This document shows positions 54,740 to 63,969 of a stretch of 64,000 nt of DNA, piece by piece. This DNA comes from Candidatus Fimenecus sp. (GTDB lineage: Bacteria > Bacillota > Clostridia > Oscillospirales > Acutalibacteraceae). The translations under genes were made by a program, and so were the position numbers. Numbering within the stretch: the first letter of the stretch is position 1; every line of letters starts with the position of its first letter. Location: assembly GCA_045594885.1 (NCBI GenBank), contig JAZNZJ010000026.1, positions 3,754-67,753 on the forward strand. The letters run 5' to 3'. Under the pieces are notes generated by a model. It was not told the DNA's origin. It did no database searches and saw only the letters and a list, made by a program, of their open reading frames with translations.

Positions 54740-55300
54740 TCAACGAATTTCAGCAAATGCTTGTTGTGCCAAGTCCCTCATTCTTGTTGAGAGAATTGCA
54801 AGAACCATTGCCTTTAATGCCGTTTTTAATTTATTTCTCGAAACATCGTCGTGCATAATTGCTTTTTCTATACTCTCATCAATGATTAAATCCAATTTTT
54901 CTGTATCATAAATCGCATTATTATCACATTGATAAATCGCACTACAAAGAATATTAAAGAGGTCTTTGTCAGGCAAAATGTCGTCAGAGCGGTCTTCAAC
55001 TGAGCCATTTATATAACTCATTAAATATGTTATCTGTTCAAGCTGCATTGAGCCCCGCATCATATTTATAAGAATAATTCGCATCAATTGTTCTTCGCCG
55101 TAACGTTTACCCTCGGGGTTTTTTACCCAGCCACGTTTAACCCAATTTTGAATTGTTGAGGGTTCAAGCCCCGTCACCTCTGACACTTGTGAGAGAGTCA
55201 ACCCCTTTGTAACCGTAAGCAAGGGCGCTATTGTTGAAAAACAATCTTCTGCAACTATTGGGTTAAAATCCAACATCGTTCCGGGAATTTTCTCAACCAT
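54740..55300 (-). CDS. DUF1836-family HTH (MerR-like) protein
   Basis: LTLSQVSEVTGLEPSTIQNWVKRGWVKNPEGKRYGEEQLMRIILI resembles the DUF1836/MerR-type HTH as I recall it. Confidence 0.6.
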   Translation of the reverse strand: MVEKIPGTMLDFNPIVAEDCFSTIAPLLTVTKGLTLSQVSEVTGLEPSTIQNWVKRGWVKNPEGKRYGEEQLMRIILINMMRGSMQLEQITYLMSYINGSVEDRSDDILPDKDLFNILCSAIYQCDNNAIYDTEKLDLIIDESIEKAIMHDDVSRNKLKTALKAMVLAILSTRMRDLAQQAFAEIR

Positions 55301-55330
55301 TCTGCCACCGCCTTTCTTTAATGTGATTTG

Positions 55331-55359
55331 ATTATATCACAAGTTCACGTGAACTTCAA
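55331..55359 (-). promoter_or_regulatory. Promoter with embedded 12-bp perfect palindrome (candidate operator)
   Basis: Minus strand reads TTGAAG (55359-55354), 17-nt spacer, TATAAT (55336-55331), preceded by TGA (extended -10). The spacer contains GTTCACGTGAAC (55343-55354). A half-site-like tttcacgtaaac lies upstream. Confidence 0.45.
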
Positions 55360-55419
55360 CAGGGTTTACGTGAAATGTTTGACAAATTTTTAACATCGTT
55401 TTTGTGCATTATGCTATAA

Positions 55420-55450
55420 AAAACAAAAAAGAGCAGAAATTCTGCTCTTT
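55420..55450 (-). terminator. Intrinsic terminator after the MATE gene
   Basis: gagcaga-aat-tctgctc, followed on the minus RNA by uuuuuuguuuuuu. Confidence 0.7.
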
Positions 55451-55460
55451 AATAATAGTG

Positions 55461-56846
55461 TTAAGATATCATCTCATTTATTTTTCTTTTTGCTCTTTTC
55501 AAAGTCTTTGAAAGAAAAACTGCACTCAATATGAGTGAAACACATTCTGCTATTGGGAATGCGAACCACACAAGTTCAAGACGTTCAGTCTGTGCAAGAA
55601 GCCATGCCGAAGGCAATAACACCACCAACTGACGACATACCGAAACAATCAAACTATATGTGGGATTTCCGATTGCTTGACATACCGAACCTGCAATAAT
55701 ACAAAAACCTGCAAAAACAAAATGAATACCGATAATCCTTAATGCAGGAACACCTATTGTCAGCATTTCTTCTGAAGCATTGAAAAGTGACAACAAAATA
55801 TGAGGACAAAGTTCAAATGCAAGTAATCCTATAGCCATTATTGACATAGCAATAACGATTGATAAAAACACCGTCTTTTTAATTCTGTCAAGTCGTTTCG
55901 CCCCGTAATTATATGCGATAATCGGAACCATACCATTGTTAAGTCCGAAAATGGGCATAAAAATGAAACTCTGCAATTTGAAATATGCACCAAAAACTGC
56001 CGTTGCAGTTGTGGTAAATGCAATAAGAATTTTATTAAGGCTGAACGTCATAACCGAACCGATTGATTGCATTATAATCGACGGCAAACCTATTTTATAA
56101 ATCTCTTTGACGATTTTTGTATCCCACCGCATAAGTTTTGTAGTGATATGCACTTCGGGATTGAATTTAATATTGAATATAATTGCCATTAAACCTGCTA
56201 CTATCTGACCTGATACGGTCGCAATCGCAGCACCCGCCACTTCAAGTCTTGGAAAACCAAAAAGACCGAAAATAAGAATGGGGTCAAGAATGATATTAAC
56301 CACCGCACCAACGAGATGTGTAATCATTGTAAGGAACGTTCTGCCCGTTGCCTGCAAAATCTTTTCAAAGCAGAATTGTGTGAAAATTCCTATTGAGGCT
56401 ACAAGGCACACGGTTGCATAATCAGTTCCGTATTCAATAATTTCGCTCACATCTGTCTGCATTATAAAAAACGGACGTGCAAAGAAAATACCTATCACGA
56501 CAAACACAATACAACTTAATCCAAAAACAAATATACCCGTGTTTGCAACCCTGTTTGCTCTGTCAATTTTTTTTGCACCCAAAGATTGTGAAAGAAGTGC
56601 GTTCATTCCCACCGCTGTACCGCCACACACAGCAATCATCAATTGTTGCAACGGAAAAGCAAGGGACACCGCATTCAATGCATTTTCACTTAACTGAGAA
56701 ACGAAAATACTATCAACAATATTGTAACATGCCTGTACAATCATTGAAATCATCATCGGTGCCGACATACTTATCAATAATTTTGCTACGGGCATTACTC
56801 CCATTTTATTTTCTTGAGGCGGAACACTATTTTTAACATTTTCCAA
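55461..56846 (-). CDS. MATE-family efflux transporter
   Basis: 461 aa, 12 TM segments, MATE-typical N-terminus (PMMISMIVQACYNIVDSIFV). Confidence 0.9.
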   Translation of the reverse strand: MENVKNSVPPQENKMGVMPVAKLLISMSAPMMISMIVQACYNIVDSIFVSQLSENALNAVSLAFPLQQLMIAVCGGTAVGMNALLSQSLGAKKIDRANRVANTGIFVFGLSCIVFVVIGIFFARPFFIMQTDVSEIIEYGTDYATVCLVASIGIFTQFCFEKILQATGRTFLTMITHLVGAVVNIILDPILIFGLFGFPRLEVAGAAIATVSGQIVAGLMAIIFNIKFNPEVHITTKLMRWDTKIVKEIYKIGLPSIIMQSIGSVMTFSLNKILIAFTTTATAVFGAYFKLQSFIFMPIFGLNNGMVPIIAYNYGAKRLDRIKKTVFLSIVIAMSIMAIGLLAFELCPHILLSLFNASEEMLTIGVPALRIIGIHFVFAGFCIIAGSVCQAIGNPTYSLIVSVCRQLVVLLPSAWLLAQTERLELVWFAFPIAECVSLILSAVFLSKTLKRAKRKINEMIS

Positions 56847-56871
56847 TTTTACTACCCACTTCTACACAAAT

Positions 56872-56900
56872 TTCAAGCCGTACAGTTTGTACGGCTTGAA
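56872..56900 (-). terminator. Hairpin downstream of the BY-kinase gene (weak U-run)
   Basis: 12-bp stem ttcaagccgtac-agttt-gtacggcttgaa. Confidence 0.45.
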
Positions 56901-56920
56901 TAATTAAGATTATTTATTGT

Positions 56921-58462
56921 TTATTTACGCTTTCTCTTGCTATCGTCGTCATGACCGTAACCATAGCCATAACCATAACCGTAGCCATAACCATAACCGT
57001 AGCCATAACCATAGCCTTTTCTACGTTTACGGCTGAGTTTAACAAAGCTTGAAGCAGAGCCATTATCAGCATCATTATAGATACAACCGATAACTTCTTT
57101 ACCTGTACTTGTCATATCTTCAATAGTCTTCTTGATTCTACGCTTTGATGAATGGTCTCTTCTAACAACCATAACACTTGCATCTGCATACTGAGCAATA
57201 ATAGCAGCATCAGCAACAAGACCTGCAGGAGGTGTATCAATAATAATGTAGTCGAACTTGTTCTTTAATTCTTCCATAACATCTGCTGCTTCATCAGAAG
57301 AAAGAAGTTCAGCAGGGTCAGCAGTTGGCTGACTTGTAATAAGAAGGAACAAGTTGAACTTGTCTGAATATTTAACAGCTTCATTAAGACTTGTTTCGCC
57401 TCTGATGATACCTGCAAGACCTAATTCGTTAGTTGCAGAAACACCAAGTTCTTTGTAAACTGATGGCTTACGAAGGTCAGCATCTATCAAGAGAACTGAC
57501 TTGCCGATTTTTGCAAGTGCAAGTGCAGTATTTGTTGCAGATGTTGTTTTACCCTCATTAGCAAAAGTACTTGTGAAAACAAATGCTTTATAATCGTGAC
57601 GTTTAGCGGCTGTTTCAAGCTTTGTTCTAATAAGCTTGAATGCTTCAATAAACATAAAGCCCGTCTTTCTGTCAGTGATAAGCAAGTTCTGTTTCTCGCC
57701 TTTTTTATCTGACTTTTTAATATGAACAACCGAACCGAGAACCTTATGACCGATTTTATTTGTAATATCATCAGGGTCTTTAACTGTATCTTTGATGAAG
57801 ATAATTGCACAGAGAATAAGCACAACTATACCTGCACCTGCTACAAAGCCGAGTAATGTGTAAAGCAATGTACTGCTGTCGCTATTAGCTTCTTCAGGCA
57901 TTACAGGAGGGTCAATCATAATAGCACGTGTGCTTTGGTATGCCTTATCTGTAATCTGGTTATAATTGTTAACATAGCTTACTGCAACCGCATATGAAGC
58001 ACCTGCGTTAGGGCTTGTAACTGAAAGAGCTATAATCGCAGTATCTTCCATAAGAGTTGACTTTATCATACTCTTAACATCTGCACCTGTAAGAGGCTCA
58101 CCGTCAACAGTGTAACCGCTGTTCTCTGCAACGATTTCCATAAGACTGTTTGTCTCAGTCATAATGTACTGATAGTTCTTTGCAAGACTGATACCCGCAC
58201 TAATGTCAGATGAACTCTGTCCGCCAACCTGTGCATTTTCACCCTTATTATCAATAACAAAACGCATAGTACAAGTATATGTAGGAACATATGTTGCTTT
58301 CGCAACAGCGAAGCCGGCACTTGCACAGATAATTGCTGCAAGAACAATTATCCACCATTTTTGCATAACACGAACCGCATATTGAGCAATAGTCTGAAAA
58401 TCTATTCCTTCATTTACGGGAGTATTTTTTGTATTGTATTCCATAATAAAGCTCCTATCCAC
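56921..58462 (-). CDS. Fused Wzz (chain-length determinant) / BY-type tyrosine autokinase with (GY)10 C-terminal cluster
   Basis: Two TM segments flank a periplasm-like Wzz domain. Walker A FANEGKTT, A' LLIDADLRKP, B IIIDTPP. C-terminus K(GY)10GHDDDSKRKRK. Confidence 0.85.
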   Translation of the reverse strand: MDRSFIMEYNTKNTPVNEGIDFQTIAQYAVRVMQKWWIIVLAAIICASAGFAVAKATYVPTYTCTMRFVIDNKGENAQVGGQSSSDISAGISLAKNYQYIMTETNSLMEIVAENSGYTVDGEPLTGADVKSMIKSTLMEDTAIIALSVTSPNAGASYAVAVSYVNNYNQITDKAYQSTRAIMIDPPVMPEEANSDSSTLLYTLLGFVAGAGIVVLILCAIIFIKDTVKDPDDITNKIGHKVLGSVVHIKKSDKKGEKQNLLITDRKTGFMFIEAFKLIRTKLETAAKRHDYKAFVFTSTFANEGKTTSATNTALALAKIGKSVLLIDADLRKPSVYKELGVSATNELGLAGIIRGETSLNEAVKYSDKFNLFLLITSQPTADPAELLSSDEAADVMEELKNKFDYIIIDTPPAGLVADAAIIAQYADASVMVVRRDHSSKRRIKKTIEDMTSTGKEVIGCIYNDADNGSASSFVKLSRKRRKGYGYGYGYGYGYGYGYGYGYGHDDDSKRKRK

Positions 58463-58490
58463 TTTTTACTGAATTTATTACATTCAGTTT

Positions 58491-58519
58491 ATTATATCAA
58501 AGCATTTTGCGATATGCAA
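58491..58519 (-). promoter_or_regulatory. Candidate SigA promoter for the BY-kinase gene
   Basis: Minus strand reads TTGCAT (58519-58514), 17-nt spacer, TATAAT (58496-58491). Confidence 0.45.
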
Positions 58520-58548
58520 TATATTTTGACAAAAATTTATTTTATGCT

Positions 58549-60189
58549 TTAGTTTTCTGATATTTTACCGTCGCCAATCGTTATAATACGGTCACATTTT
58601 TCTAAAACACTTTCTCGGTGAGTGATAAAAAGAACAGTAATATCGTCACGTGCTTGAAGATTGTCAAGCATTCTGCTTTCACTTTCAGCATCTAAAGCAC
58701 TTGTTGACTCATCCATTAAAAGAATTTTGCCCTTTCCTAAAAGTGCACGTGCAACCGCAAGACGTTGGGCCTGACCCTCAGAAATACTTGAACCGCCTTC
58801 GCCCAACTGAAAGTCCAATCCGCCCTCAAGCGTATAGGCAAATTCAGCGCAGGCATCTGTAAGAGCCCTTTCAATCTGTTCGTCCGTTGCATCGGGACAA
58901 AGCAAGGTTATGTTTTCTCTTACCGTACCACTGAAAAGCATATTGCCTTGTGGCACAACCGAATAAAGTCTTCTCGACTCAACACAAGGTGCATCACCCG
59001 TTGTAGTTTTTATTACTACTGAACCACTGTTAGGCTGATAAAGTCCCGTAATAAGTTTAAATATTGTAGATTTACCCGCACCCGACGGACCTTTTATACC
59101 AACAAAATCACCTTTGTTGATTACAAAATCCGATTTTTCAATAACGCACTCATCACCATAACCAAATGTTACATTTTCTGCGTTTATTGAGATAAAATCG
59201 TCATAGCTTATTTTTCTTTTGTGCTCATATTCTTTTTCCAAATGAGATATTTCAATCAATCTTTGAGCGGAGGCGGTCATAGCAAAAAAGGCGGGTAAAA
59301 CACCTGTTATACCGATAACCGGTGACTGCAACTGATTCACAAGTTGAATTATTGCAACTACAGTACCAAGACTCATTGTGCCCTTGAAAATTCCATAAGA
59401 GCCATATGCCATTGCAACGAGAAAGCCAGCAGCAAAAGCAAGAGAAAAACCAATATTTGCTATAATTGTAAATGTTTTTTTCTTAACCTTCTGTTTATAA
59501 AGTTTGCGTTGATGATTTGCCGAATTTGCGAGTACTTTCTTCTCTATTCCGAACACTTTTACCGCAAAAAGATTTTCAATCATTTCCTGCATAAAAGCAC
59601 GAACTCTTGCGTCTTTTTCCTGCACTCTCTGATGCAATTGCTTCAACGATTTGCGAAAAATTACCGCAACTACTATTATTAAAATTCCACACCCGATAAA
59701 CAAAATTGCAAAACGTTTGTCGAGTGTAAAAAGTGCAATCGCAGCACTGCCGATACGCACAATGTACCCTACAACCGATGGCAAAATACTAACATAACTG
59801 TCACTCACAAGAGAAGCATCCGCTGTCAATCTCGCCATCAAGTCACCGCTGTGACGTTCGTTTGATGACCCATATTCACCGTAAAGTATGCTTGAAAACA
59901 CACTTGTTCTCAACGCAATTTCAGCCTTGCCCTGACCCATCGCCTCAATAAGCGATGAAATAACACGGGTTGCCATCTGCGATAAAATTAACAATAATAA
60001 AAGCAATGTATATCTGAAAAGTCCGTCTGCATCAAGTGCTTGTGCATAGTCCATTACTTTCTTTGACAGCATTGCAAATAATGTAACGCACAAAGCCGAC
60101 CAGGCATTAAGCATACAAAGTGTAAGAATTTCACGTCTTCGCTTACCACACTTTTCATATACCCATTTCAATACCGTAAAATCTTTCAT
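58549..60189 (-). CDS. ABC exporter, fused permease/ATPase
   Basis: Six TM segments, then Walker A GPSGAGKST, signature SEGQAQR, Walker B ILLMDE. Confidence 0.9.
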   Translation of the reverse strand: MKDFTVLKWVYEKCGKRRREILTLCMLNAWSALCVTLFAMLSKKVMDYAQALDADGLFRYTLLLLLLILSQMATRVISSLIEAMGQGKAEIALRTSVFSSILYGEYGSSNERHSGDLMARLTADASLVSDSYVSILPSVVGYIVRIGSAAIALFTLDKRFAILFIGCGILIIVVAVIFRKSLKQLHQRVQEKDARVRAFMQEMIENLFAVKVFGIEKKVLANSANHQRKLYKQKVKKKTFTIIANIGFSLAFAAGFLVAMAYGSYGIFKGTMSLGTVVAIIQLVNQLQSPVIGITGVLPAFFAMTASAQRLIEISHLEKEYEHKRKISYDDFISINAENVTFGYGDECVIEKSDFVINKGDFVGIKGPSGAGKSTIFKLITGLYQPNSGSVVIKTTTGDAPCVESRRLYSVVPQGNMLFSGTVRENITLLCPDATDEQIERALTDACAEFAYTLEGGLDFQLGEGGSSISEGQAQRLAVARALLGKGKILLMDESTSALDAESESRMLDNLQARDDITVLFITHRESVLEKCDRIITIGDGKISEN

Positions 60190-60203
60190 TTTCTAATCAC
60201 TTT

Positions 60204-60470
60204 TCATTCGTCGATAAGATTATATTTTCTCATTTTTTCAATGAGTTTTTCCACATCTGCCTGAACAATTTCTGCAGAAACCTCGTATTTTTCTGAAATC
60301 TTTTTCACAATTTCATCAACTGAATTTGTGCCGTCAAGAAGCATAAACACATCTGCGCCCACACTATTAAAAGTAATTACGCCGTTAAAATCCATTTTCT
60401 GTTTGCCGGTTGCAATAACAATTTTACTACCTGCAACGTCTTTCAATATAAAACCGTCTTTAATTTTCAC
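60204..60470 (-). CDS. PqqD-family peptide chaperone (RRE-like)
   Basis: 88 aa. N.vg..vf.LLDG..sv.EIv..i...Y.v......DV..li..m pattern. Confidence 0.7.
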   Translation of the reverse strand: MKIKDGFILKDVAGSKIVIATGKQKMDFNGVITFNSVGADVFMLLDGTNSVDEIVKKISEKYEVSAEIVQADVEKLIEKMRKYNLIDE

Positions 60471-61179
60471 TGTTAATCAACCTCTCTATTTCATTATAAG
60501 CGACAATTGCCGCTTCATCATCCATATTGCACCCTAAAGAAAATACGGGAACATTACGAAGTATATTGTCAACATACTCCAACATTTTTTCTGCCATACC
60601 CTTATCGTACGGGTTAATCGTCTGCTCAAGAATAAGTCCTACTGCTTGTGCAGGCACAAGTCTTTTTACTTGATTGGTTTCACTGCGATGCAAAAATATG
60701 ATTGCCCTCACAGGAAGTTTAACATTGATGTTCTCATCAGTTTTTCCTGAAAACGGAGTTCCGCAGGCATACCATTTGCCGTCTTCACACATCAATGCGG
60801 GCTTATCGTCATTGATAATTCTTGTGTTTTCAAACATCTTAAGCCACAAATGAGTGTGAGTGGATTTTCCCGTACCGCTACGTGCAGAAAAAAGATATGC
60901 AAATCCGTCTTTTTCAACACAGGAAGAATGCAACATCATTCCGTTATGCTTTAACAACTCGTTATAAAAAGCTTCACAGGTCCACATATACTCGTGCTCA
61001 TCCCTTGACATATGTGGCAGTTCCTTTTGCTTTTCGTCAATAAAAGTTTCTTTAATATTGATTTTTATTTGAGTTTCGCTACTGTCAAACTCCGCTTTGT
61101 ATGGTGCAGAACGTTCAGCAAGTAATTCACCGTGAACTTTATATTCAGTTTTTAGCCCTGCAATAATAAATTTTTCCAT
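60460..61179 (-). CDS. HPr-kinase-related P-loop protein (HprK C-terminal-domain-like)
   Basis: P-loop FSARSGTGKSTHT within a ~240-aa protein. Overlaps the PqqD gene by 11 nt. Confidence 0.5.
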   Translation of the reverse strand: MEKFIIAGLKTEYKVHGELLAERSAPYKAEFDSSETQIKINIKETFIDEKQKELPHMSRDEHEYMWTCEAFYNELLKHNGMMLHSSCVEKDGFAYLFSARSGTGKSTHTHLWLKMFENTRIINDDKPALMCEDGKWYACGTPFSGKTDENINVKLPVRAIIFLHRSETNQVKRLVPAQAVGLILEQTINPYDKGMAEKMLEYVDNILRNVPVFSLGCNMDDEAAIVAYNEIERLINSEN

Positions 61180-61181
61180 AA

Positions 61182-62906
61182 TTATTCGTTCGTTCCTGTT
61201 TTAATTCCAAGATATGGTGCCGGGTCAACTCTGTTACCGTTTACACGCACCTCAAAGTGAAGATGCGGACCGGTTACAAATCCCGTTGAACCAATCTGAC
61301 CAATCTGCTGACCCCTTGTTACATATTCACCCGCTGAAACTCTGAGTGAACCGGGTTTCATATGAGCATAAAGTGTTGAAAGACCATTTCCGTGGTCAAT
61401 AATTACACAATAACCATAAGAGCCATTGTACTTGGCAAGTGTTACTCTGCCCGACTCAGCTGCAACAACGGGGATACCCGTGCTTCCGCCACCGGGTTTA
61501 ACCATATCGATACCACCGTGCCAACCATTAAGACTTCTCTTACCGTAATATGAAGAAACTCTGTTCGCACCAATTGTAGGCCATACAAACCTGCCATAAG
61601 AAACAATATTGCCCGAAGTTGAACTGTTCTGTTTTGTACCAACCTGTATTTTTTCATCAACAGCCTCACGAATTGTTGTTCTTGAGACCTCTTTTGATGA
61701 AACTCTCACACCGTCAATATATGTTACGAGTTCAGTTACTTCTTCAAGACCCTTTACACCCTTCACGACGGTTTTCTGGTCACCTTTGTAAAGACTGTTA
61801 GTGTTTACTTTTACCGTTTCAAAAGGTATTTCAACCTGCTTAGTTTCAGTTTTTGTAATCTGAACACGAATAAAGTTAACTTCGTTTGCAAGAAGCACCT
61901 TTTGACCAATATAAATATTTTCTTTAAGTTCAGGATTAAGATTGAACAACTGTGTTGTTGTCATATCAAATTTCTGGGCAATTTGAGAAACCGTGTCGCC
62001 CGCCTGAACAATATAGTGACGTGCTTCACTCTTTTTAGAATTAAGCTTCTCGTTAAGATATGAAGCATCTTTTACTGTATTTTCGTTATCAGGATACAAG
62101 CCCTGAACATACTCAATTTCCTCAACAAAGCTTACAACCGCATTTTCTTCACCGGTTTCATGCTCGGCAAGAATACTATCAAAAACGCTTATGGCATCTG
62201 TTTCATTTTTCAACGCACATATAAAAGAGCCGTCAACATAAATTCCACAAGCATTTGTAATTTTACTGTCTGAATTTGCAATAAGCTTGTCACAGATTTC
62301 ATAAGAATTACTTATCTGGCTAAGCTTTACGGGTTTGATTTTATAATCTGCCTTACCAATCAGTTCTTTTTCTTGATTGCTGTCAGATGTCATATTTGAT
62401 GCGGTAATATCAAGACGGTCATAAGCCAATTCACGAGCTTCTTTATAATCTGCCTCACTTCTCACGTAACCTACAACCTGATTGTTATAATTTATTTCAA
62501 GAGCAAAAGTTGTGTCAGCCCACATACTTGCAATATTGAATAATAAGCAGAATGACAAAATTGGCAAAAGAATATTGAACACATACAAAAAGGCTTTTTT
62601 GTACTTGCGATAAGCCGCCTTTACATATAAACCCAATCTTTTTATGCTTTTTTTATTCTCATCTTCTGCCGCAATTTTAAGCGAAACTTTTTTTACATCG
62701 GCAACAAGGTCACGGAATTCGTCAACTATTTCGTGGAATGTCTTCAATGCAAATTTATCAACAACAATTATGATTGTGAAAATGAGAGTTCCCATTGCTT
62801 TTATTGGTCTGAGCAACAGACTCCAAAGCCAGCGGAAAAATCTTTTTCCGTAGCGGATTGTTTGAAGACCTAAATAGTATATTTGGTTGTAAATGATTTC
62901 TGACAT
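61182..62906 (-). CDS. Membrane-anchored peptidoglycan DD-metalloendopeptidase (LysM + G5 + M23)
   Basis: LysM HYIVQAGDTVSQIAQKF. G5-like YKGDQKTVVKGVKGLEEV...IQVGTK. M23 motifs HGGIDM and GPHLHFEV. Confidence 0.85.
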   Translation of the reverse strand: MSEIIYNQIYYLGLQTIRYGKRFFRWLWSLLLRPIKAMGTLIFTIIIVVDKFALKTFHEIVDEFRDLVADVKKVSLKIAAEDENKKSIKRLGLYVKAAYRKYKKAFLYVFNILLPILSFCLLFNIASMWADTTFALEINYNNQVVGYVRSEADYKEARELAYDRLDITASNMTSDSNQEKELIGKADYKIKPVKLSQISNSYEICDKLIANSDSKITNACGIYVDGSFICALKNETDAISVFDSILAEHETGEENAVVSFVEEIEYVQGLYPDNENTVKDASYLNEKLNSKKSEARHYIVQAGDTVSQIAQKFDMTTTQLFNLNPELKENIYIGQKVLLANEVNFIRVQITKTETKQVEIPFETVKVNTNSLYKGDQKTVVKGVKGLEEVTELVTYIDGVRVSSKEVSRTTIREAVDEKIQVGTKQNSSTSGNIVSYGRFVWPTIGANRVSSYYGKRSLNGWHGGIDMVKPGGGSTGIPVVAAESGRVTLAKYNGSYGYCVIIDHGNGLSTLYAHMKPGSLRVSAGEYVTRGQQIGQIGSTGFVTGPHLHFEVRVNGNRVDPAPYLGIKTGTNE

Positions 62907-63104
62907 AATTCATTCCTCATTTGAACGCATATATATTGAGAGTATATCACAAATTATCACAAAAGGCAAGGTGCGATTTAAGGGTTATTGCGTACCTCTT
63001 CTAATCTAAAAATTTTTAAATATGCGGTTTACTTTTCTTATAGGTTGTTGTATAATACATATAATTGTATAATTATGTTCAAAAAATGATTTGGGGTTGA
63101 TAAA

Positions 63105-63959
63105 ATGAAAAAAAGTACAAAAAAGTTTTTAGGTTTTGCTGTTCCCACCACAGTCCTTGCTCTTTTGGCAAGAAAAAAATATGTTGACATTCGTTACGGT
63201 GCAAAAAACGCAAAAGACACTCTTAAATTTTCTGAAATTGCAGAGGGCGAAAAAGATGGTGTTCACCTCACCGCACACAGAGGTCTTTCTTCAGTTTGCC
63301 CTGAAAACACAATCGAGGCTTTCAAAGAGGCTGCAAAATATAATTATTATGCCCTTGAGTGCGACGTTCATTGTACAACTGACAACAAATGGGTAATTAT
63401 TCACGACTGTATGCTTCAGTCAATGGCTGAAGAAAAGGGTGACGTTAAGAAGATGTCATATGAAACCCTTTCAAAAATCAAGTTTACTAATGGTGCAAAT
63501 ATTAAAGATTATCCTGACGCAACTGTTTGTCTTGTTGAAGATTTTATTGAAATCTGTAAAGAGGCAAATATCCGTCCTATGATTGAAGTTAAAGACAGAC
63601 GTGTTGAAAAGGTTGCAGATTTGCTTGAGATTATCCGTAAATATGAAATTGAAGACAGTGTAATTCTCATTTCATTCCACGAAGCTGTACTTCGTGAATT
63701 CAGAAATCTTTCACCGAAGATGGAGCTTTGGCTTCTTGTTCACGCAATCACAGACGAAAAACTTCAAGAATGTATCGAAAACAACAACGGTGTGGCTTTT
63801 GAGGCTTCACGTAATGTTAAAAAACCCGAAATGATTCAAAAAATCCATCATAACAAGCTCACAGCAGCTTGTTGGACCGTTGACACAAAAGAAATGCTCA
63901 ACGAAATGATTAAAAACGGTGTGAAATATATCACAACAAACGCAATTCTTCCCGAATAA
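63105..63959 (+). CDS. Glycerophosphodiester phosphodiesterase (GDPD) with N-terminal TM
   Basis: HRGLSSVCPENT...ECDVH...IIHD GDPD motifs. Confidence 0.85.
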   Translation: MKKSTKKFLGFAVPTTVLALLARKKYVDIRYGAKNAKDTLKFSEIAEGEKDGVHLTAHRGLSSVCPENTIEAFKEAAKYNYYALECDVHCTTDNKWVIIHDCMLQSMAEEKGDVKKMSYETLSKIKFTNGANIKDYPDATVCLVEDFIEICKEANIRPMIEVKDRRVEKVADLLEIIRKYEIEDSVILISFHEAVLREFRNLSPKMELWLLVHAITDEKLQECIENNNGVAFEASRNVKKPEMIQKIHHNKLTAACWTVDTKEMLNEMIKNGVKYITTNAILPE

Positions 63960-63969
63960 GAGGTACAAA

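Noticed and set aside
58549-61179. Lasso-peptide or sactipeptide biosynthetic cluster.
   Set aside because: PqqD, an HprK-like protein and an ABC exporter are present, but no cyclase, leader protease, radical SAM/SPASM enzyme or candidate precursor ORF is visible. It is kept only as an 'incomplete/atypical' finding.
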